Positions 56,936 to 64,000 of a stretch of DNA of 64,000 nucleotides are shown piece after piece (position 1 is the stretch's first letter; the number at the start of each line of letters is the position of its first letter). The notes beneath the pieces are model-generated. The model ran no database searches and had not been told where the DNA came from. It saw nothing but the letters and a program-made list of their open reading frames with translations. The position numbers and the translations under genes are program-made. The stretch is taken from assembly GCA_963730935.1 (NCBI GenBank), contig CAVSTP010000002.1:160001-224000 (forward strand). Direction: 5' to 3'. This DNA is from an uncultured Nitrospiraceae bacterium. Lineage in GTDB: Bacteria; Nitrospirota; Nitrospiria; Nitrospirales; Nitrospiraceae.

Positions 56936-57637
56936 ATGCTCCGCAGGTGTCTCTGGATCCTAGCTGCATCGGCCGTCCTGGTTTCTCTTATATCGCACGA
57001 CAGCCTGGCGCAGGTCGTGAAGGCGGGACCTCCCGCCTGCCCCACGATCGCGCTGACGTTTGACCTCTGTCCCGTCCGGAAGGGAGCAGGCTATGACCAG
57101 GCGCTGGTCGACTATCTCATCGAGCACAAGATCCCTGCGACCTTCTTCATGTCCGGCCAATGGATCGCCAAGCATGACGCTGAGGTCGAGCAGCTGCTGG
57201 GAATCGGCTTTTTCGAGGTGGGGACCCACGGCGAGGTGCATGCGCATCTTCCCATGCAGAATGCGGACGAACAACGGAACGAAATTCTCGGTCCGGTCAA
57301 GCTGCTGAGCGAGCACTATGCCCATGAGGCCGTCCTGTTTCGTCCTCCGTTCGGCGAATATAATGACGTGACGGTCGACGTCGTCCGGACGTTGGGCCTT
57401 CGGTTCATCCAATGGAATATCGAATCCGGCGATCCCGATCCTATGCTTTCGACCGAACAGATCGTGGCTCGCATCGACAAACGCGCCAAAGGGGGCAGCA
57501 TTGTCGTGCTCCATGCCAACGGGAAGGGTAAGCACACCCGGCAAGTCATCCAGCGCCTGACATCGGAGGTATTGCCGCGCAAAGGACTCACACCGACCAC
57601 CGTGAGCGACCTCCTGTCATGCAAGCCCAGCCGATGA
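56936..57637 (+). CDS. exported polysaccharide deacetylase (CE4/NodB) family protein
   Basis: LTFD, HGEVH, FRPPFG, GDPD, LH. Confidence 0.88.
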   Translation: MLRRCLWILAASAVLVSLISHDSLAQVVKAGPPACPTIALTFDLCPVRKGAGYDQALVDYLIEHKIPATFFMSGQWIAKHDAEVEQLLGIGFFEVGTHGEVHAHLPMQNADEQRNEILGPVKLLSEHYAHEAVLFRPPFGEYNDVTVDVVRTLGLRFIQWNIESGDPDPMLSTEQIVARIDKRAKGGSIVVLHANGKGKHTRQVIQRLTSEVLPRKGLTPTTVSDLLSCKPSR

Positions 57638-58101
57638 ACGGGCAGTCGATCAGACCGATGCGGCCTGAGGACCGCGAGACCGTCATCCGGTTACTGGCGG
57701 ATTCCGATCCCTGGAAAACGCTCGGATATAACGACAAGGATTGGGGCCGGATCTTTTGTCCCATTCCCCAAGGCCGTGAAAGCTTCGTCGCCGAAGCCGA
57801 TGGGCAGGTCACGGGCATTGCGATCGTCCGGCAGAAATTCTTGCTCGGCGATTATTTGGAACTCCTCGGTGTAGCCGGCTCGGCCAGACATCAGGGAACG
57901 GGCAAGCAGCTGCTCGCCCACGTGGAAGCGTTAGTGTTTGCGCGAACCAAAAACCTGTTCGCCTGTGTGTCAGACTTCAACACGGGCGCGCGCGACTTCT
58001 ATCGGAAGCAGGGCTTTCAGGAAATCGGCCCAATGCCCAACTTTCTGATTCCCGGTAGTGCTGAAATCCTTCTACGAAAAACGGCGGGGCCGGCTCGGTA
58101 G
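57634..58101 (+). CDS. GNAT family N-acetyltransferase
   Basis: RHQGTG motif A, N..A..FY.K.GF. Confidence 0.88.
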   Translation: MNGQSIRPMRPEDRETVIRLLADSDPWKTLGYNDKDWGRIFCPIPQGRESFVAEADGQVTGIAIVRQKFLLGDYLELLGVAGSARHQGTGKQLLAHVEALVFARTKNLFACVSDFNTGARDFYRKQGFQEIGPMPNFLIPGSAEILLRKTAGPAR

Positions 58102-58136
58102 CCGAGGAAAACGATCCGGCGGCTCATACGGGACAC

Positions 58137-58535
58137 ATGAAAGTTCAGAAACTGCTTCATACGCGGATGCGGGTCAGCGACATGGATCAGACGATCGCCT
58201 TCTATACGAAGGTGCTGGGTCTGGAGGTGTTGGAACGCAAGGTGTCTCCCCGCGGGTCGCATCTGGCATTCTTGCGCGTGCCGAACAGCGAGGAGTTGAT
58301 TGAACTCTGCAGTTTCCCTCCCAGCGGCCCCGTCAAGGTGCAGGAAGATCTCGTGCATCTCGCCTTCCAGGTGGAAAACCTGGACGCGACAATCGCCGCT
58401 CTGCAGCAGCAAGGCATTCGCATCACGGATGGTCCAACCACAACCTCGTCAGGCAGCCGGTTCATCTTCATCGATGCGCCCGATGGCTATGAAGTAGAAC
58501 TGATTGAGCGGCCAGCCGGTGAGCGCACGGCGTAG
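58137..58535 (+). CDS. VOC/glyoxalase I-like protein
   Basis: LLHTRMRV, IEL, HLAF, PDGYEVELIE (H/E/H/E ligands). Confidence 0.88.
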   Translation: MKVQKLLHTRMRVSDMDQTIAFYTKVLGLEVLERKVSPRGSHLAFLRVPNSEELIELCSFPPSGPVKVQEDLVHLAFQVENLDATIAALQQQGIRITDGPTTTSSGSRFIFIDAPDGYEVELIERPAGERTA

Positions 58536-58626
58536 ACGTCGTCTCCTCTCTTGACCTATTGACCGGTGAGCCACAGCCAAGTACCCTTTTCTCCCCGATC
58601 ACGCGGATGCAACCAGGAGCGAAGCG

Positions 58627-59496
58627 ATGAAAAACGGATTTTTCCGGGGACACGGCTTGGGCAACGACTATCTCGTCGTGGACCCCAAGGATTTAAGCTT
58701 CACGCTCACGCCAGCCGCGATCGAAGCGATTTGCGACCGTCACTGGGGGCTGGGCAGCGACGGTATCTTGGCCGCCGTGCCTTCGAGGAAAGCGGATTTC
58801 GGCCTCCGCATCTTCAATCCCGACGGCAGCGAAGCGGAAAAATCGGGCAATGGTCTCAGAATTTTTGCCCGCTACCTCCATGCGACAGGAAGAACCAGGA
58901 AGCGGCATTTTACGGTAGAGACAAAAGGCGGGCTCGTGACGATTGATCTGCATCTCGATCGGCGGGGCGACGCCGATGCCGTCACGGTGGGAATGGGACG
59001 GGCGACGTTTGCACCGTCCGCCCTGCCCTGCACGCTCCCGGTGGAGGAATTGATCGAGCAATCGATCGAAGCGGCAGGGCGTTCCTTCACGTTCACCGGT
59101 GTCAGCGTGGGGAATCCCCACTGTGTCCTGTTCAAGGAGACCGGAGCGTCCTGGACACGGGAAGATCTGCTGGCCCTGGGGCCGGCGCTCGAGCATCACA
59201 CGATCTTTCCCAAGCGGACCAATGTGCAACTGGCGGTGCCGACCGGCGCCAAAGAACTGACGATTCTGATCTGGGAGCGCGGCGCCGGAGAGACGCAAGC
59301 CTCCGGATCCTCGTCCTGTGCCGCCGCCAGCGCGGCCGTCCGTCTCGGCCTGGTGAAGAGCCCCGTGGCCGTCAAGATGCCGGGAGGCACGCTCACGATC
59401 GAGGTCTCGCCTGATTTCAGCCTCACGATGAAAGGGCCGGTGGCTGAAGTGGCACGAGGCAATCTGAGCCCTGCCTTCGTGCGCTCCCTCAAATAG
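58627..59496 (+). CDS. dapF: diaminopimelate epimerase, both catalytic Cys replaced by Ser
   Basis: HGLGND, GSEAEKSGNG, GNPH, ERGAGETQASGS. Confidence 0.85.
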   Translation: MKNGFFRGHGLGNDYLVVDPKDLSFTLTPAAIEAICDRHWGLGSDGILAAVPSRKADFGLRIFNPDGSEAEKSGNGLRIFARYLHATGRTRKRHFTVETKGGLVTIDLHLDRRGDADAVTVGMGRATFAPSALPCTLPVEELIEQSIEAAGRSFTFTGVSVGNPHCVLFKETGASWTREDLLALGPALEHHTIFPKRTNVQLAVPTGAKELTILIWERGAGETQASGSSSCAAASAAVRLGLVKSPVAVKMPGGTLTIEVSPDFSLTMKGPVAEVARGNLSPAFVRSLK

Positions 59497-59541
59497 ATCC
59501 CTCACCTTGCCCGCCGCCGAGCCCGCCTCGTAGAATGAGGC

Positions 59542-61350
59542 ATGGCGACAGCAAGTCCGGCGCTCGACTCAAAACTTGCTCACCTTCCAGATCAGCCCGG
59601 TGTGTACCTCTTCAAGGATCGGTCCGGTGACGTGCTGTACATCGGCAAGGCCGCCCGGCTCGCCGACCGCGTGCGATCCTACTTCCTCAAGGGCGCCGAC
59701 CATACTCCCAAAACCGCCTTGCTCGTCAATCACATCGCGGACCTCGAAACGATGGTCACGCGGTCTGAATTGGAAGCCCTGATTCTCGAGAGCAACCTTG
59801 TCAAACGACACCGCCCGCGCTTCAACGTCGTGCTCAGAGACGACAAGCAGTATCCGTATCTTCGCCTGCCGGTCAAAGACCGCTTTCCCCGGCTCTCCAT
59901 CGTGCGCCGGGTCCAGAAGGACGGCGCCCTGTATTATGGCCCCTATACGCCAGCCGGCGCCCTCAGGGAAACGCTCAAAGTCATCAAAAAGGTGTTTCCA
60001 CTAGCTACATGCACGATCGACATCGACGGAACGGCTGAACGCGCGTGCATCGAGTTTGAAATCAAGCGCTGCATGGCCCCCTGCACGGGACAGCAAACGC
60101 AGGAGGATTACCACCGCATCGTCCGGCAGGTGCGACAGTTTCTCGAAGGGCACGACAGGGAGCTCGTGGACGACCTCCGCTCGCAGATGGATGCCGCCGC
60201 GGCCCGCGAAGACTTCGAAGAAGCGGCCAGGTTGAGAGACCGGATTTTCAAGATTGAACGCACGCTCGAACGGCAGCGGATTACGCAAACGGCCTCCATC
60301 GATCAGGATGTCATCGGCATCGCCCGCCACGGAACCTCCGTCGATCTACAAGTGTTATTCGTGCGCGGCGGCTTGCTCATCGGCCGCAAGGATTTTTTCT
60401 GGCTCGAATCCGCCGATGCCACAGACGAAGAACTGGTCCGATCGGCCGTCGAACAATTTTACAACAAAGAGGGGCAGCCTCCCCGCGAGCTTCTGATTCC
60501 GGTCGACATCCCAGATGCCGACCTCCTGGCGCGCTGGCTGTCCGATAAACGAGGCGAAACCGTGCGCGTATTGGCGCCGGAACGCGGCACCAAACATCAA
60601 CTCGTCCTCCTCGCGGAGGAAAATGCCGCTGCAGCGCTGGCCGATCATTTGCGCAATGAGGAGTTGGATCGGCAAGCTGGCGAGGAACTGCAACGCGTAT
60701 TGCGTTTGAAGACGGCGCCCAAGCGCATCGAAGGCTTCGATATTTCCAACACGATGGGCAATCAGTCGGTGGCGTCCATGGTCGTCTGGGAAGAGGGACG
60801 CATGAAAAAATCCGACTACCGCCGCTTCAAGATTGCAAAAGTGGAAGGCGCCAACGACTTTGCCAGCATGCACGAGGTGGTGACGAGGCGGTACGGCGGG
60901 ATGGAAGACCTCGCCCTCCCGGATCTGGTCTTGATCGACGGCGGACTCGGCCAACTGGCTTTCGCCAGGGCCGCGCTTCAGGAAGTGGGGCGGCCCGAGC
61001 TCGCGGTCGTCGGCCTCGCCAAAGCAAAGGGAGAGAAAGACGAGCGGGTCTATCTGCCCGGCAGGAAGAATCCGATCGTGTTGCGCGCGAACTCGCCGGC
61101 GACCCACCTGCTGCAGCGGGTCCGTGACGAGGCCCACCGGTTTGCCGTCACGTTCCATCGGAAACTGCGCGGCAAAACGCTGGTCACGTCCCAGCTGGAC
61201 CAGATCATCGGCATCGGCTCGATCACCCGCACCAAACTGTTGAAACAATTCGGCAGCCTTGCGAACCTTGCTGAAGCCAGTGAGGAGGCCTTGAGGGAAG
61301 CCGGCTTAAGCGAGCGTGTCGTTCGCCAGCTCCGCCGCGAATTGGCTTGA
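59542..61350 (+). CDS. uvrC: excinuclease ABC subunit C
   Basis: GIY-YIG (PGVY..YIGKA), UVR domain, EGFDISN, IDGG.GQ, RDEAHRFA, HhH. Confidence 0.97.
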   Translation: MATASPALDSKLAHLPDQPGVYLFKDRSGDVLYIGKAARLADRVRSYFLKGADHTPKTALLVNHIADLETMVTRSELEALILESNLVKRHRPRFNVVLRDDKQYPYLRLPVKDRFPRLSIVRRVQKDGALYYGPYTPAGALRETLKVIKKVFPLATCTIDIDGTAERACIEFEIKRCMAPCTGQQTQEDYHRIVRQVRQFLEGHDRELVDDLRSQMDAAAAREDFEEAARLRDRIFKIERTLERQRITQTASIDQDVIGIARHGTSVDLQVLFVRGGLLIGRKDFFWLESADATDEELVRSAVEQFYNKEGQPPRELLIPVDIPDADLLARWLSDKRGETVRVLAPERGTKHQLVLLAEENAAAALADHLRNEELDRQAGEELQRVLRLKTAPKRIEGFDISNTMGNQSVASMVVWEEGRMKKSDYRRFKIAKVEGANDFASMHEVVTRRYGGMEDLALPDLVLIDGGLGQLAFARAALQEVGRPELAVVGLAKAKGEKDERVYLPGRKNPIVLRANSPATHLLQRVRDEAHRFAVTFHRKLRGKTLVTSQLDQIIGIGSITRTKLLKQFGSLANLAEASEEALREAGLSERVVRQLRRELA

Positions 61351-61448
61351 CCGAGGGCCTGCCACAGTCACCGAAACGGCACTGGAATTTCTCACGGCAA
61401 CGGCCCTATGCTACGGCAGTACGGGACCGACCCCAAAGAAGGTGACCG

Positions 61449-63764
61449 ATGGCTATCCATCCCGCCGACCGCGCCTCGACATCCTCAGAAGCCGACGCGC
61501 GCGAGATCGAACAGACACCGGCCGGTGTCTCGGAAAACGGCGCCCAGATCAACGAGTATCCGAACCTTGTCGCGCTGGAAGAGGAAACCCGCCGGCGCCT
61601 CGAGGTCGAGTCCACGCTGCAGGACAGCGAGGCCCGCTACCGCCTGCTCTACGACAACAATCCCACGATGTACTTCACGCTCTCTCCGGACGGCACGGTC
61701 GTCTCCGTTAACCAATTCGGTGCGACGCAGCTCGGCTACCAACCCCACGAATTGATCGGCCAATCCGTCCTCAAAGTATTCAAATCCGAAGAACATGCTA
61801 CGGTCCTTCGTCAGCTCAAGGTGTGCACGGCCAGCCCCTTAAAGGTATTTCAGTGGGAAATACAAAAAGTGAGGAAGGACGGAAGCGCACTGTGGGTCAA
61901 GGAACGGGCGCAAGCGGTGATGGACCGTACGGGGCAGATTCTCTCCCTCGTCGTGTGTGAAGACATTACCGAGCGACGGCTCACCGAAGACTACATGCGG
62001 GAAAGTGAGGAGCGCTGGCGAGCGCTCTTCGAGCATGCCGGAGTCGGCATCGCTCAACTGGGTTTGAACGAACAGTTCCTCCGCGTGAATCCGCGGCTGT
62101 GCGAAACGCTGGGGTATTCCTCCAAGACCATGCTGCGGCGCAGGTGTCAGGACTTTGTCCACCCGGATGATCTATCCGTGGCGCAGACTCATCTCAACGA
62201 GCTGTTTGCCGGCAAACGGCCTTCATTTTCCATGGAGACGCGCTGGCACCGCTGCGACAACGTGTGGCTCTGGGTGGAAATGACCGTCTCGCTCGTCCGC
62301 GACGCCACCAGTGCGCCGGCATATTTTATTGCAGTGGTCCAAAACATCGACGATCGGAAGCAGGCAGAAGCCGGCCTGGCCCGAACGACGCGACTGCTCC
62401 AGACGCTGGTCCATGAATCTCCGCTGCCGATTGTCAGCCTCGATCTCGAGGCAAGGGTGACGAGCTGGAATCATGCCGCGACGCGATTGTTCGGCTGGAC
62501 CGAGGAGGAAGTGTTGGGCCGCGAGCTGCCGTACGTGCCTGAAAACCAAGCGACGTCCGCCGAGAGTCTCTGGGAGAGGGGTCTGCGGGGAGAAGTGCAC
62601 GGGCCAATCGAGCTGCGGCGGCGCCGGAAAGACGGCACCTTACTGGATCTCTTGCTCTGGCCCGTCTTCGTCCGTTCGGACATCGGCGACGTGTCAACGG
62701 CCATTGGGCTCTATGTCGATCAGTCCAACCTCAAGCGGGCGGAGGAAGAGCTGAGCGCGAGCGAAGAGCGCTTCAGCAAGGCCTTTCGTTCGAGCCCCTA
62801 TCCGATCGGCATCACGGATCTGGACACAGGCGTGTGTCTCGACATCAACGATGCGGCGCTGTCGGCGTTCGGCTTTTCGCGTGAAGAGGTGATCGGTCAG
62901 AGGACGTCCGGCCTGGGTATTTGGCCTCATCCTCAGGCTCGGAAACAATTGATCGAACGTATCAAGACCACGGGCAATATCAGAAACTTGGAGGTTCCGC
63001 TCAAAGCGAAGAGCGGAGAGGTCCGGCGGTTCCTGGCGTCCACCGAAGTGATCGTGCTGAAGGGCAAGGAATGTCTGGTGACGATCGGAACGGACATCAC
63101 GGAGCAAAAGCGGGCGGAAGAGGCGCTACGCCGCAGCGAGTTGGCCGTTCGAGAAGCGTTTGAGGAGAGAGAGCGGCTCAGCCAGGACCTTCACGACAAC
63201 CTCCTCCAGTCTCTCTACGCCGTCGGCATGGGGCTGGAACTGACCAGACAGCGCATCCAGCGGATCTCACGGACGAACGCCAAGCGGCTCGAACAGTCCG
63301 TCGGCCAGCTGAACAATGTCATTCGCGAGGTGCGGACCTTTATTTCGCATGTGCAGCCTCCCGTGGTCCTGGAGCAGACCGTGGGCGACGCGCTTCGGAC
63401 ACTGGCCGGATCCTTCATGGCCACGGGCGCCGGGGAAATCGGCGTCACCGTTGATGATGAAATCAGCCTGCGGCTCTCTGCCGAACAGCGGACACACCTG
63501 TTGGCCATCGCCAAGGAAGCGCTCAGCAACAGCATCCGCCATACGAAGGCGGACAGACGGATGGTGACGCTGCGGCGAGAGGGCAACAAAATTCGTCTGC
63601 AAGTCATCGACAACGGGCGGGGGTTTTTACCGTCGCGCCGGCAGACACAGGGCATGGGCCTGCAGAACATGCGGGCCAGGGCACGGAAACTTCGCGGCCG
63701 CATCGCCATCACCTCCGTCCTCACCCAGGGCACCACCGTCACGCTCACGATTCCGTCGACGTAA
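61449..63764 (+). CDS. multi-PAS sensor histidine kinase (HisKA_3/NarX type)
   Basis: four PAS/PAC repeats; ERERLSQDLHD; KEALSNSIRH; DNGRGF; GMGL. Confidence 0.9.
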   Translation: MAIHPADRASTSSEADAREIEQTPAGVSENGAQINEYPNLVALEEETRRRLEVESTLQDSEARYRLLYDNNPTMYFTLSPDGTVVSVNQFGATQLGYQPHELIGQSVLKVFKSEEHATVLRQLKVCTASPLKVFQWEIQKVRKDGSALWVKERAQAVMDRTGQILSLVVCEDITERRLTEDYMRESEERWRALFEHAGVGIAQLGLNEQFLRVNPRLCETLGYSSKTMLRRRCQDFVHPDDLSVAQTHLNELFAGKRPSFSMETRWHRCDNVWLWVEMTVSLVRDATSAPAYFIAVVQNIDDRKQAEAGLARTTRLLQTLVHESPLPIVSLDLEARVTSWNHAATRLFGWTEEEVLGRELPYVPENQATSAESLWERGLRGEVHGPIELRRRRKDGTLLDLLLWPVFVRSDIGDVSTAIGLYVDQSNLKRAEEELSASEERFSKAFRSSPYPIGITDLDTGVCLDINDAALSAFGFSREEVIGQRTSGLGIWPHPQARKQLIERIKTTGNIRNLEVPLKAKSGEVRRFLASTEVIVLKGKECLVTIGTDITEQKRAEEALRRSELAVREAFEERERLSQDLHDNLLQSLYAVGMGLELTRQRIQRISRTNAKRLEQSVGQLNNVIREVRTFISHVQPPVVLEQTVGDALRTLAGSFMATGAGEIGVTVDDEISLRLSAEQRTHLLAIAKEALSNSIRHTKADRRMVTLRREGNKIRLQVIDNGRGFLPSRRQTQGMGLQNMRARARKLRGRIAITSVLTQGTTVTLTIPST

Positions 63765-63767
63765 GAA

Positions 63768-63796
63768 TTGACAGAGACTGTCCAGCCCTCTAGGAT
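63768..63796 (+). promoter_or_regulatory. sigma70-type promoter
   Basis: TTGACA-N17-TAGGAT. Confidence 0.55.
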
Positions 63797-63854
63797 ACGA
63801 CTCCCATCAGGTCCTTCCAACCGTTGACGCGGATTCACTGACACCAGGAGCATC

Positions 63855-64000
63855 ATGTCGGATCAACACACTGCCTCATCTGTCTCGGACTCAACCAACG
63901 CCATCGAGCATGTCTTCGAATCCGTCGTGTTTGCCAGCCGCTGGATTCAAGCGCCGCTGTATGGCGGTTTGATCATGGCCGAGCTCCTGTACGCGTATAA
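63855..64000 (+). CDS. YqhA/UPF0114 family membrane protein (5' part, runs off window)
   Basis: AGGAG RBS; E..VFASRWIQAPLYGGL. Confidence 0.75.
   Translation, partial: MSDQHTASSVSDSTNAIEHVFESVVFASRWIQAPLYGGLIMAELLYAY

Noticed and set aside
1..64000. CRISPR array, integrase/transposase, rRNA/tRNA, defence systems
   Set aside because: No regularly spaced direct repeats or recognisable motifs were seen by eye.

Overview
A GC-rich bacterial chromosomal segment with no CRISPR array, prophage, rRNA or tRNA. The gene set and intergenic repeats suggest Nitrospira or a relative, which is an inference. Layout: (1) 0-12.3 kb holds small Cys/His-rich hypotheticals, ispA-hpnA, a cytochrome c, a His-less GAF pseudo-kinase and mpg. 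(2) 12.5-33.3 kb is a metal-homeostasis block. It has nikR plus a TonB-dependent receptor, divergent from a lipoprotein-DUF4331-TonB-TPR-HupE/UreJ operon. It continues with degP, copA, dsbA and slp, then a minus-strand operon of leader1-tonB-BNR propeller-tlpA-leader2-TBDR-TPR. (3) secA is followed by a 760-bp intergenic region with two inverted, covarying ~200-nt structured elements. (4) A MidA/NDUFAF7-type methyltransferase precedes a complete nuoA-N operon with fused NuoCD and an FDH-like NuoG. (5) The rest is housekeeping: yihY, site-2 protease, deacetylase, GNAT, VOC, a Ser/Ser DapF, uvrC, a PAS kinase and a partial yqhA. The best candidate new system is a metal-import operon, probably for Cu, gated twice by CutF/CruR-like RGPP ribosome-arrest leader peptides whose RGPP codons can base-pair with the downstream RBS. 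Next are the NikR-linked DUF4331 module and the paired structured intergenic element. All product calls come from motif recognition by eye; no searches were run.
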